Below, piece after piece: positions 30,864 to 40,584 of a DNA stretch of 64,000 nt (position 1 is its first letter; the number at the start of each line of letters is the position of its first letter). Below the pieces are notes generated by a model. That model did no database searches, had not been told where the DNA came from, and was given only the letters and a program-made list of their open reading frames with translations. The stretch lies in NCBI GenBank assembly GCA_963846575.1, contig CAWJWJ010000002.1, positions 480,001 to 544,000 on the forward strand. Direction: 5' to 3'. The translations under genes and the position numbers were made by a program. The stretch comes from an uncultured Nitrospiraceae bacterium. GTDB taxonomy: Bacteria > Nitrospirota > Nitrospiria > Nitrospirales > Nitrospiraceae.

Positions 30864-32364
30864 CGGGCCGCTCCATCACCTGTTCGACGCCGCCATGGAA
30901 GACCGGAGCGCCCGTCAGGACTCCCTGAAATTGTGTGAGGGGCGGGCCGATCCGTAACCCGCTGTGTGATACCAACTGATATTCCCGAATGGTTTTTTCA
31001 TGACGGCCGCTCCGTTTCTTAATGACCGAGAGTGCCTGCCGAACGGAGCCAGCCGCTTCGAAAAATCGTGCACTCACAATTGTGTCGGCGAGATAACTCA
31101 GGTTCAGCGGGCCTTCGGCCGGGCCAATGAGTCCGTACTGAGCTAGAATGAAAATCGTGATGACTCCCCTCTGGTTGAGGTAGGCGGACAGCTCGTGAAG
31201 CTGATTGACGAGGTACTGCTCCCCGGGCATCGCATTCAGATAACCATTGAGGCTGTCGACAATGACCAGCTTGCAGCCATTTTCCACTCCGCGGCGAATG
31301 GACATCCCCAGTTCACCGGGCGAGAGTTCGGCGGGGTCCACCTGCTGTATATGTATCAGGCCGGTCTTGATGTGCTGCATCACATTCAATCCCAGAGCGT
31401 GGGCACGAGCCAGCACGATGCTGCGAATTTCGTCGAAAGCAAACAGCATGCTGGCTTCCCCCCGCTTCGCCATTTGTGTGGCATATTGCATGGCTAGCGT
31501 GGATTTTCCGGTACCCGCCGGACCTGTGATCAGGTTCGTCGTGCCTCGATCGAATCCGCCGCCAAGAAGCTCGTCCAACTCTTTATGCCCGCTGGATACT
31601 GCTTCTGGCTCAAAATCACCACGGTGCTCAGACGCCACGATTCGCGGAAACACTCGCAATCCGCCTGTCTCGATACTGTAATCGTGATATCCCTCACGGA
31701 ATCGCATGCCGCGCATCTTCAGGACTCGCAGCCTTCGCCGTGATCGACCATAATCGGGCGATAACTGTTCCATTTCGATCACGCCGTGCGTAAGACTCAA
31801 TACGTGAGGGTCAGTACCGATCCGGCTATTGTCCATCTTGTCATCGAGCAGCAGAGCGGTGGTGTTGTACTTGAGCAGTTCCTGCTTGAGGTTCAGAAGC
31901 TGTCGCCGATACCGCAACGCGGTTTCCGCCATCAGCCGGAACTCGGAGAGTGAATCGAAGACGATCCGGGCAGGCTGAATGCGACGGATCTCCTCAAGCA
32001 ACAACTCACTGACTTTTGTGAGCTCAAGTTCCGAAGGGTGGAAGACCGTGGTTCGTGCCTCCGGTCGTATGAGGGCGTCGATTGCTGACAGTTCGAACAG
32101 CGCGATGGAGTTCAGCGACCAACTATGCGAACGGGCGACCTTGAGGAGCTCCTCCTTCGTCTCCGAGAGGGTGATATAAAGATTTTTTTCTCCCCGGCGT
32201 ACGCCTTCAAGAAGGAACTGAAGAGCTAAGGTGGTTTTACCAGACCCCGGGTCTCCCTGAACCAAGTACAAGCAATTGCTCGGTAGCCCTCCCCCGAGGA
32301 CTTCATCCAGCCCATCTACGCCCGTGTCGCAGCGTTTGTCTGGCTCTGTGTTGTGTGCGTCCAT
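30850..32364 (-). CDS. kaiC: KaiC-like double RecA-domain ATPase
   Basis: Two Walker A motifs, GDPGSGKT and GPAGTGKS; LSYLAD at the KaiC phosphosite position; overlaps the downstream kinase. Confidence 0.85.
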   Translation of the reverse strand: MDAHNTEPDKRCDTGVDGLDEVLGGGLPSNCLYLVQGDPGSGKTTLALQFLLEGVRRGEKNLYITLSETKEELLKVARSHSWSLNSIALFELSAIDALIRPEARTTVFHPSELELTKVSELLLEEIRRIQPARIVFDSLSEFRLMAETALRYRRQLLNLKQELLKYNTTALLLDDKMDNSRIGTDPHVLSLTHGVIEMEQLSPDYGRSRRRLRVLKMRGMRFREGYHDYSIETGGLRVFPRIVASEHRGDFEPEAVSSGHKELDELLGGGFDRGTTNLITGPAGTGKSTLAMQYATQMAKRGEASMLFAFDEIRSIVLARAHALGLNVMQHIKTGLIHIQQVDPAELSPGELGMSIRRGVENGCKLVIVDSLNGYLNAMPGEQYLVNQLHELSAYLNQRGVITIFILAQYGLIGPAEGPLNLSYLADTIVSARFFEAAGSVRQALSVIKKRSGRHEKTIREYQLVSHSGLRIGPPLTQFQGVLTGAPVFHGGVEQVMERPDGTT

Positions 32365-32807
32365 AGTCCAGCTGTAACTCCAATTAGAATTCCGATTAGA
32401 ATTTATAACCGCCGCACTCGTTAGGCGAGCTAGGATAATCCCTAGTCAGGATTTGCTTTGTCTTTGCCGACGCAGCGGCCGGTTGTCATGTCGGAATCGC
32501 TCCCGTTAAGACACTGTGCCCGGTTGGCTAACAGAGAATGAGGACACGGGGCGGGGAGTGGCCCAGTTCTGGCGCCGCGAGGCTGAGTGAAGGTGCGCCC
32601 TCGAACGGTGAAGGTCCCTCCATAAAAAAAGAAAGAGGTACGGAAACGCGCTGAACCAACCAGTACTGGATTCGCCCGCACCGAAACGTGAGTAGAGGAG
32701 TGGAACAACCGGGATTCAGAACAGGACGCTGTGTTCGTGAGTCAATCTTGTGCTCCGGTGGATTGGCAATCTCCGTCGAAGGTTTGCGCCGAACCGCTTT
32801 GAGAATG

Positions 32808-32852
32808 TGGTGTCCCCGGGCTGAATTGAACCGGCAACCTTCGGTTCAGGAA
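32808..32852 (-). repeat. Degenerate att copy of the tRNA-Arg(CCT) 3' end
   Basis: TGGTGTCCCCGGGCTGAATTGAACCGGCAACCTTCGGTTCAGGAA; 5 mismatches in 45 nt vs 47046-47090. Confidence 0.85.
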
Positions 32853-33150
32853 TGTGCTACGTAGTTTGAACGCCATAACTCATTATGCTACACCTGGACA
32901 CATTAGCCCTTTCGCTTAAGTAGGATAGGTGTACAGCATCACTCATGATGACATGAGGCAGGGGTTCTCCGGCACGAACCGTCCGACTCTCCAGCGCCGG
33001 ATCGAAGGAGATGAGACCGACAAGTCGGTCCCCGGCATCGGATCTCAGGCAGCACCGGCGGTGTCAAGGATGAGCGGCAAGTAATTCTAGAACGAGCTGA
33101 GCAATGACGGCATTGTCTCAGGTGCCGTAAGCGGCATAGAGGAGGACATT

Positions 33151-33510
33151 ATGCGGCTGGTGGCACTGATTATCACGTTCGCTTTGCCTCTATGTGCCCA
33201 TGCCCAAAACGTGGGCGATCTTAGCCCGAACCCGAATAACAGTAGCACTAGCGGCAATCCCTTCAGTCCGGGCGGATCGTGGAGCATTAGTCGTCAGGGC
33301 AGTTCTGGCATTGGGCGGGCTGCCCCGACCGGCCCGTATTCCTGGTCCAACGTGTCCCCAATACCCGGACCGTCAGCGGGGTACGACCGTCCTCACTCTT
33401 CGCCACTACGCACCCCAGAGATTATGAGTCCGAACGTACCGGGCAGGAGTCTTGGGCCTTATGGCATCACGCTGCCTTCCAACCATCCGCTGGGTCTTGG
33501 TACCCGATGA
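33151..33510 (+). CDS. Secreted Gly/Pro/Ser-rich hypothetical protein
   Basis: GAGGAGG RBS; signal peptide ending AHA. Confidence 0.65.
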   Translation: MRLVALIITFALPLCAHAQNVGDLSPNPNNSSTSGNPFSPGGSWSISRQGSSGIGRAAPTGPYSWSNVSPIPGPSAGYDRPHSSPLRTPEIMSPNVPGRSLGPYGITLPSNHPLGLGTR

Positions 33511-34399
33511 GATGATGATTATCAGATGCCTGTGGGCGCAGGGAAGACGGCATGTGATACACCATATTCCCACCTCAGCCTCTCCATTCAGACAGCCCGC
33601 AATCCCTTTTTCACCAGACTGCGAGACGAGATGGCGAGCGATCTTGTAATCCTGTGTCCTGTGTCATCTTTGACAAGGCTGTACCCCTGCTACGCGTAAC
33701 TCGTGGTCATCCGCTTCTGAAATGACTGTGTGCCCTCTTTCTCGCAGTCGTTCTTATTGGACCGTCGGTCCTGGCATTTATTAGGGATGGGGGACCGTTG
33801 GTTCTCTGGTCAGGGGGCGGCAACCCAATCGGTAGGCGGCCGCTTATCCCTAGCTCGCTGACGCAGTTCCTTGGATGGCGTTAGGTTTCTGGGTTTGACC
33901 AGCTGTCTCGCAGTCATCACCAGTGGGTCACCGATCACTGAGATGGCTGTGGTTTCTCGCCGTGACGCTGTTGTACTGCCTATTACCCATCCCGTTTCAG
34001 CATCGTTATGACTGGTGTGTCCCTCGGGCATTCGCCCCATGACTTCTCAGTCAATCGAATGGGCGCAAGAGCTAACCTGGCGCGACTTACGGCGAATTAC
34101 CCACGTTCTAACAGCCAGAGCCAAAGCCAACGGTGGAGTTGCGTGTCCGGTCGATGACCTGAAGATCCTCAGCCGCTTCATGTTGGGCGGCCAGATACTG
34201 ATGTACGATGTGCGATGCGTAGACTGAGGTACACGGTCGGCTCCCAGTCCACCAATGCATCCTGGATCGATAGTCATGAGGGTGAGTGGAGACCGTCAAG
34301 AAGCGTGGCTTCAGGTCACGACATTGGCACGTGACATCGGGGAGGTCGTTACGTGGGTATCAAATTATGGCGGACAGGAATCGTACTTCATGAATCCCT

Positions 34400-34556
34400 T
34401 AAACCGTCTTAGGATGGACGGCACAGGCGACACTGCAACGGCGATGCAGACTGTGGGCCACAAGTCGGAGAGGATGTTGAAGCGGTTCAATGTCATCGTG
34501 AGAAGGACTTCGTCACAACAGCATCACGAAGTAACACGTATCTCGAAGCTGATACA
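34400..34556 (+). pseudogene. Tyrosine integrase C-terminal remnant
   Basis: DTATAMQTVGHKSERMLKRFNVI, then shifted EKDFVTTASRSNTYLEA; homologous to the 37338-37560 remnant. Confidence 0.8.
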
Positions 34557-34608
34557 TCAGTATCGCCTGCCCATTCAGCAGCGCTGTCCATTCCTATAGC
34601 TGCTTATC

Positions 34609-34652
34609 GGTGCCCCCGGCCAGAATTGAACAGGCGACCTTCGGTTTAGGAA
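34609..34652 (-). repeat. att copy of the tRNA-Arg(CCT) 3' end
   Basis: GGTGCCCCCGGCCAGAATTGAACAGGCGACCTTCGGTTTAGGAA; 1 mismatch in 44 nt. Confidence 0.93.
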
Positions 34653-35161
34653 TCAGTGGAGAGGGGATGCTCAAGTTGTTGAAGACCTGGGCATTCCCCG
34701 CCCCCCGCGCTATTGCTGCAAGCCCATTCTTTCCCCTCCAGTAGTCTCAATTCTTTTCAAATCACCTCACTTTGTTCCTCTTCTTAACACTGTAATAACA
34801 CCTGTCCAGCCACCCCCGGGGGGTGCCTTGCGCGACCTTCCGCCCTCACCGATCCGGCGTACATGGGACCCGCGTGTTAAGGACTCACCTTGCATGAGAC
34901 AGCTCCTGCTAGCCTGACCCCGTCCATGCACCATCCATTCCACGCTGGTTGCCTTGAACTTTCCCAACCGCGATGTTACGGTCCCGTTTGCTTACCCGCG
35001 GGACGCGGCTATCAGGAATGGCTATACGGCACGAGCTTTTCTATGCGAACGCGGAGAAAGAAGCCCTGTTGCAAAGTCCAACCAATAGCGGGGCGGGCTG
35101 GGCACCCTAACGAAGAGCGTTGAGTCTGCGCGTGCTCGCCTTCACGCCATTTTCTTGACCA

Positions 35162-36481
35162 ATGGATAATGCCACTCTCTGGTTCATCCTCGTGGGCTCT
35201 CTATTCCTCGGAGTTGCCGTAGTCGGCTCCTATGTGCGGCGTCTGCCGCTATCGACCGCGCTGCTGTATCTGGCCGTGGGCGTGGCCCTCGGTCCCATTG
35301 GCCTGGGAGTGATCCGGCTTGACCCTTTCGAGGATGCCGCGTTTCTCGAACGGGTCAGCGAGGTGGCGGTTATCATCTCACTGTTTACTGCCGGGCTAAA
35401 ACTTCGCATTCCCCTGTCGGATTACCGATGGAGGCCGCCGCTGCGGCTTGCGTTCGTTTCCATGACCGCGACTGTGTTCGCTCTTGCGTTCGCAGGTGTG
35501 TATTGGATCGGGTTGTCCTGGGGCGCGGCAGTTCTGCTTGGCGCCGTGCTCGCGCCTACAGACCCAGTTCTCGCCAGTGACGTTCAAGTGGAGCATCCTT
35601 TTGATTACGACCCCCTTCGATTCTCTCTGACAGGTGAAGCCGGATTCAACGATGGCACGGCCTTCCCGTTCGTCATGCTTGGCTTAGGTCTCCTCGGACT
35701 GCACCCGATGGGAGACTGGGGAGTCCGATGGTTCGTGGTAGACGTGGTCTGGGCCATCGTCGGAGGCCTGCTCATCGGCACCTTATTAGGGACGGCGGTT
35801 GCCCGAGGCGTTCTTTATTTGCGGCGGGTTCATCGTGAGGCAGTCGGGCTCGATGACTTTCTCGCATTGGCCTTGATAGGACTTTCATACGGCCTGGCGC
35901 TGCTCTGCCATACGTACGGCTTTCTGGCGGTGTTCGCCGCCGGGTTAGCCTTACGCCGTATCGAACGCCACCAGAGTCCGGAGGAGGACAACGAGTCAGA
36001 ATCGGTCTTTGATGCGGGCCAGTCAGAAGAGGAGGTGGCAACCGATCCGGAAAAGGCGCCCGCCGCCATGGCGGAAGTTGTGCTCCACTTCACTGAGCAA
36101 CTGGAACGGATGGGCGAACTCGTTATCGTGGTGCTGATCGGAGCAATGTTGTCGTGGAGGTTGGTGCCCTGGCAGGCAATCTGGTTTGTTCCCCTGTTGC
36201 TGCTGATCATCAGGCCTGTATCGGTGTATCTGGGACTGCTCGGAAGCTCAGTGCCTGCGCTGGAAAAACAGTTTACCGGCTGGTTCGGCATCCGAGGCAT
36301 TGGATCCGTTTACTATTTGATGTATGGACTAGTTCATGGAGTTCCGGAGGTGGAAGCCCGAACGCTGATCGGATTGACGCTTGCGACCATCGTGGTGTCT
36401 GCACTGGCGCATGGGATCACGGTCACACCTTTGATGAAGTTGTACGCAAATAGAACCTCAGAAGCTCGGGCCGTGTCGTGA
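35162..36481 (+). CDS. Cation:proton antiporter (CPA1/NhaP family)
   Basis: LAPTDPVLA, GEAGFNDG, RP, WFGIRGIGS; many TM segments. Confidence 0.92.
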   Translation: MDNATLWFILVGSLFLGVAVVGSYVRRLPLSTALLYLAVGVALGPIGLGVIRLDPFEDAAFLERVSEVAVIISLFTAGLKLRIPLSDYRWRPPLRLAFVSMTATVFALAFAGVYWIGLSWGAAVLLGAVLAPTDPVLASDVQVEHPFDYDPLRFSLTGEAGFNDGTAFPFVMLGLGLLGLHPMGDWGVRWFVVDVVWAIVGGLLIGTLLGTAVARGVLYLRRVHREAVGLDDFLALALIGLSYGLALLCHTYGFLAVFAAGLALRRIERHQSPEEDNESESVFDAGQSEEEVATDPEKAPAAMAEVVLHFTEQLERMGELVIVVLIGAMLSWRLVPWQAIWFVPLLLLIIRPVSVYLGLLGSSVPALEKQFTGWFGIRGIGSVYYLMYGLVHGVPEVEARTLIGLTLATIVVSALAHGITVTPLMKLYANRTSEARAVS

Positions 36482-36945
36482 GGGTACCGGGCAGTGTGCC
36501 ACGACACTGGTAAGGAGCTTTGCTAGCCAACGGATGGGTGAAATCCCCAGCGGGCGCTATGGAACATATAGGACCTGAATGTTGTATGCGGCTAGAGCAA
36601 GGATAGAACGCCCTCGCCTCTACCAAGGAACCCCCGACATCATCGTTTACAGCCTGGCATGCGCCCATTCACGTCATTCTGAGGCAGGCCGTCCCGGTAA
36701 GACGTTCTTTCCAAGAGTCCATCTCCCCGCACCTCCCCATGCTCCAGAGGAGGTAGCCGAAGCTCAAAGGGAAACTAGAGTTTGTCAGATTGCACTGAGT
36801 TACGTTGCGCGTGACGGTTCTATGCTGATGCAGGGCACACTTTCGAGCACGCCTGTCAATTCAGGCTCCGCAGACATGCCGCCCCCGGGGGACGTTGTAC
36901 GGCCAGGGCTCTGTATCACAAGCCCTTACATAGGACCCGCGTGGT

Positions 36946-37092
36946 AAGCTAGGATTCCAAGCCGGTGTGCATCGTACGTATGTCAGTCAAATTGAACGTG
37001 GCTTGGAATCACCAACAATGAATACCATTGTGCGGATTGCACGGGCACTTAACATCCCGCCAGAAAAGCTAGTTTCCGTTGTTGATCGTTAA
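36946..37092 (+). pseudogene. 5'-truncated XRE/HTH_3 regulator
   Basis: KLGFQAGVHRTYVSQIERGLESPTMNTIVRIARALNI; in-frame stop at 36931 and no start codon. Confidence 0.75.
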
Positions 37093-37337
37093 AATTTACG
37101 ACCTTAGGATGATTCTGTCCGCCAGCTTTCATCTAGAAATCGGATGCCACGACAAGATACTCCATTAACCTACTACGCGTTCATTGAGATTGCTTTCCAC
37201 AGGCTTTTTGGATACACCTTGCCATGAAGATAGGTACATGACGCAAATGAAACCTAAGATTAAGAGTTAAGGTGTCAGAAGAATCGATCTCCCTGAGAAC
37301 GGTGTTGACCTGGATTGGTGCCAGATAGGTTTCCGGT

Positions 37338-37560
37338 GTGGAAGGCTTGCGATTCCATGACCTACGCCACTGTGCCGCGACGAACCTCCGAAGAGCGGGA
37401 GTCGATACGGCCACTGCAATGCGGATTGTGGATCACAAGTCGGAAAAGACGTGGAAGCGGCACAACGCTATCGATGAGAAGGACCTGACCACGGCAGCGG
37501 CTAGACTGAACACTTACCTCGAAGCTAACACTGTATTAACACCTGCCGATTCGACTCCAT
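37338..37560 (+). pseudogene. Tyrosine integrase C-terminal remnant
   Basis: FHDLRHCAATNLRRAGVD..HKS..KRH (H at the usual catalytic Tyr position); N-terminal part absent. Confidence 0.85.
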
Positions 37561-37587
37561 TACCGATTCCTATAACTGCTTCATTAT

Positions 37588-37633
37588 TTGGTGCCCCCGG
37601 CCTGAATTGAACAGGCGACCTTCGGTTTAGGAA
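37588..37633 (-). repeat. attL of the youngest island (exact 46-bp copy of 47045-47090)
   Basis: TTGGTGCCCCCGGCCTGAATTGAACAGGCGACCTTCGGTTTAGGAA is identical at both sites. Confidence 0.96.
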
Positions 37634-38308
37634 TCAGGACAGGACAGTTTTTAAAATGCTCGGTGTTTCAAATGGTTTCCCCGTTTTTACAGCGAAAGCA
37701 GGTACTTGCACGCGTTCCATTGATTCGATGAATTCGAGGTGTATAGATCGGTTTTGAAGTTTTTTAGCACAAATTTAGCACAGTGGTTTGGGGTGAACCC
37801 CTCCGGTGAGACAGATTGTGATCGCGCACGTGGTGGTTTAATGATGCTGCTCCTCACGGTGCTCCTCGTGCCTAGCGTTTTACGGGCGGCGCCGCATACC
37901 CCTGAGTGTACTGTGGATCATGTATCGCCCGGATGGGTGCTGAAGTTGCGCCTAGTCTCCCTCACCTAGTCCTTGAGTCTCATAGATCCGAGTTCCCCTC
38001 GTGTCCGCTGCTATCTACCGGGGCTATGCCCAGTGCACCAAAAGCGAAGTCGGGGCTAAAGTCATAGGGTGGTGCTCGAATGAGCAGGTCCTGTAGCTGT
38101 GCTCCGATGCCTCCGCATCGTACCGGCAGCAACAACGCGGACCTTTACTTCCCTGAGTCTGCAGACGGAACGTCCAATCTCCCACGCCTGTGGTCGATCA
38201 GGAGAGCATCCTGTTCGGTTGTTGCGGCAACCGTTCCACGGACGCAGATATCACCGAGCCTGACGAGACCTTGCGAGCACCATCTCGATCTATTTGAGGA
38301 ATATACCC

Positions 38309-39151
38309 ATGCAATCAAACTTCATAGACTCGATGCGTACTGACGGTGGCGACCTCCTCAGACGCGATAGGTGCCTTTGGAACCCCCTGACGATCGATCC
38401 CGTGGCAAGCCAGTTCTCGAGTTACGCGGCCTTCCAGGACACGGCGGTCATCAGGCCCCTGGTACCGGACGTACCTGTCGGCGCCGACCTCACCGATGCG
38501 CACGATCAACTGAGACAACAGATGTTTGGCGAGTACTACCCATGCGCTGGCGCGATCTCGGTGTTCGCTCAAAAAAGCTATCGTTTCGGATTATTCCCAG
38601 AACTCGCGGGCGACAGTGCCGTCCGTGCCGTCTGTCACGATCTCTATGAGTTCTGCCACGAATTCCCGATCATGGACGACCAGCTCACGACCTTTATCGC
38701 GATGTTCCGCGGACCCGCGATCGAATCAGAACAGCATTTTGAGGATCTGCTTTGGACTCAGCTACAGGCCATGCACGTCATTGATTCCGATTTCTTTGCC
38801 TGGGACAAGAGCGTCGACTCCAACCCACAGAACAATAACTTTTCATTCAGCATCGGCGGGCGAGCGATGTTCATCATCGGCATGCACCCCAAGGCCTCAC
38901 GTCTCGCACGCACCTTCAGGTATCCGACCATGGTGTTCAACCTGCATGCACAGTTTGAGCGCTTGCGCGCTCGCGGTAAGTTTGAGACGATGCAGCAGCT
39001 CATTCGGGCACGCGAGATGGCGTTCCAGGGCTCGATCAACCCGATGCTGAAAAACTTTGGCAAAGGCTCCGAAGCGAATCAATATTCCGGGCAGGCCGTT
39101 TCAGACAATTGGCCATGCCCGTTCCATGCACACACAAAGGACGAACCATGA
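38309..39151 (+). CDS. YqcI/YcgG family (DcsA/GntA-like) heme-dependent enzyme
   Basis: YPC..A (FPC-like) motif, FSFSIGGRAMFIIGMHP.ASR.AR, VFNLH.QFE.LR, C-terminal WPCPF. Confidence 0.8.
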   Translation: MQSNFIDSMRTDGGDLLRRDRCLWNPLTIDPVASQFSSYAAFQDTAVIRPLVPDVPVGADLTDAHDQLRQQMFGEYYPCAGAISVFAQKSYRFGLFPELAGDSAVRAVCHDLYEFCHEFPIMDDQLTTFIAMFRGPAIESEQHFEDLLWTQLQAMHVIDSDFFAWDKSVDSNPQNNNFSFSIGGRAMFIIGMHPKASRLARTFRYPTMVFNLHAQFERLRARGKFETMQQLIRAREMAFQGSINPMLKNFGKGSEANQYSGQAVSDNWPCPFHAHTKDEP

Positions 39152-39741
39152 CCACTCATCAGTGGACCCGTATTGCCCCACAGAGTGGCTGCTCATTCAA
39201 TATCAAGCGTGGGCAAGTGCTGCGCGTTGTCGATCCGCTGGGCGAGCAGGTCTCTGACCTGTTCGCCTTCGACGAGCACGATCACCATTGCCGATTGTCG
39301 TCAGGTCGTTCGCTGGACTATGCGAGCCGGATCTACCTGACGACGAGCGACATCCTCTACGCCAGCAATAGCAAGCCGATGTTCACCATCGTCGAAGACA
39401 CCGTGGGGCTGCATGACTTCCTCCTGACGCCCTGTAGTCAAGAGATGTTTCAGATTCTGTACAAGCATGAGGGTCACCATCCGAGCTGTTTCGAGAACCT
39501 CGTTAACTCGTTAAAAGCGTACGGTATCTCCGGCCATCAAATCTCGACAACCTTCAACATCTTCATGAACGTCAAGGTCGATCCGCAGGGAACAGTGACG
39601 GTGGGCGTGCCTATGTCAAAGCCGGGGGACCACATCGACCTGCGGGCCGAGATGGACATGGTGTGCGGCCTCACAGCCTGCTCGGCTGAAGGTTCGAACA
39701 ACGGGAGTTTCAAACCTATCGACTTTTCAATCCTTGATTGA
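39148..39741 (+). CDS. DUF1989 urea-carboxylase-associated family protein
   Basis: GQVLRVVDPLGEQVSD, HDFLLTPC, HPSCFENL, FNIFMNV, SKPGD..LRAEMD..GLTACS; ATGA overlap with the upstream gene. Confidence 0.9.
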   Translation: MTTHQWTRIAPQSGCSFNIKRGQVLRVVDPLGEQVSDLFAFDEHDHHCRLSSGRSLDYASRIYLTTSDILYASNSKPMFTIVEDTVGLHDFLLTPCSQEMFQILYKHEGHHPSCFENLVNSLKAYGISGHQISTTFNIFMNVKVDPQGTVTVGVPMSKPGDHIDLRAEMDMVCGLTACSAEGSNNGSFKPIDFSILD

Positions 39742-39868
39742 CGTCTGGGGGACCGCCACATTTCTCTTCTTTCTAAACCTGTACTAATACATCGATGCGA
39801 AACATGCTGAGGTAAACGGGGGCAGCAGAATCAAGAAGAGCGCTCTGTCTCGGAAGCAGTGGAAGAAA

Positions 39869-39916
39869 CGATGAACCATACTGGTATCGAACCAGTGGGG
39901 TCTTCTGTGTGAAGGC
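39869..39916 (-). repeat. Relic 3' half of a tRNA-Val(CAC)-like gene (att remnant)
   Basis: Minus strand GCC-TTCACAC-AGAAGACCCC-ACTGG-TTCGATA-CCAGT-ATGGTTC: CAC anticodon loop and perfect T-arm, no 5' half. Confidence 0.65.
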
Positions 39917-40128
39917 AAAAGCGAAGATTTCTTAATTGCTCGCTGTTGCAATGGTTTCCCCATAAAGATTCAAAATTCAAGTGGTTATGAGTTCTCTATA
40001 GCTTCTATTCTCTGCATTACGTTTCAGGAGATCAGATGATTTCTGACACAAAAGTGACCACAGGGTGACTACCTATATGAGCTGGCTGGATTAAAATACC
40101 GCGCGTTAAGACCCACGACAGAATAGTC

Positions 40129-40170
40129 GGTTGCGAGAAGAGATTGAACCTCTGACCTGGGAGTTAAGAG
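40129..40170 (-). repeat. Relic 3' half of a tRNA (fMet-like 3' end; loop reads CTT) (att remnant)
   Basis: Minus strand CTCTTAA-CTCCC-AGGTC-AGAGG-TTCAAT-CTCTTCTCGCAACC; followed by a copy of the island C left-end arm region. Confidence 0.55.
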
Positions 40171-40584
40171 ATGCCTAATGTGCAGTTCTCTAATGCCTTG
40201 TTCCTACGTCTTGTTTCTAGCTTTATAAATAAAATCAGCGCTTTATCGGATCTAAGGGCTCCGATTGATTCAGCAATTCTGTTCTCTTTTGGCGAGGTTT
40301 AGCACAAATTTAGCGCAATGATTTGGGAGAACCCCACCTCGATCTTGCGTATGCCTTCACAGGGAAATAGGAGCTAGACCTATGTAACACTGACCTCCAC
40401 TCCTCCAGGACAGCCTTCAGACCCTGAGGATAAGTTGCAAAAGAGCCACTCCATGAATGTGACCGCACGCATATATTCGGGTGGAATACTCTGCTTCAAT
40501 CTGGCAGAGTACCAACCTCGAGCGGTACTGATGTCGTCACTAGACAGGTCCGTTTAGAATTGACTCCCTTTTGTCGCTCTGCAC

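Larger units (their letters stand above)
32808..34652. mobile_element. Island A: oldest decayed tRNA-Arg island
   Basis: Bounded by att copies; integrase tail remnant at its right end. Confidence 0.7.
34609..37633. mobile_element. Island B: decayed tRNA-Arg island carrying a CPA1 antiporter
   Basis: att copies at both ends; arm repeat TAACACTGTAWTAACACCTG at 34785-34804 and 37526-37545; integrase remnant. Confidence 0.8.

Noticed and set aside
32698..32735. Possible fifth, highly decayed tRNA/att fragment (TGGAACAACCGGGATTCAGAACAGG)
   Set aside because: Similarity is too weak, with no intact T-arm and no arm repeat at the expected distance.
37980..38308. Guanidine riboswitch upstream of the YqcI/DUF1989 pair
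   Set aside because: ACGR tetramers occur but without closing stems, and I could not see a ykkC-type consensus. An Rfam/Infernal scan would settle it.
39869..40170. Functional tRNA genes
   Set aside because: Only degenerate 3' halves are present, with no D-arm or 5' acceptor strand. They are reported as att relics.
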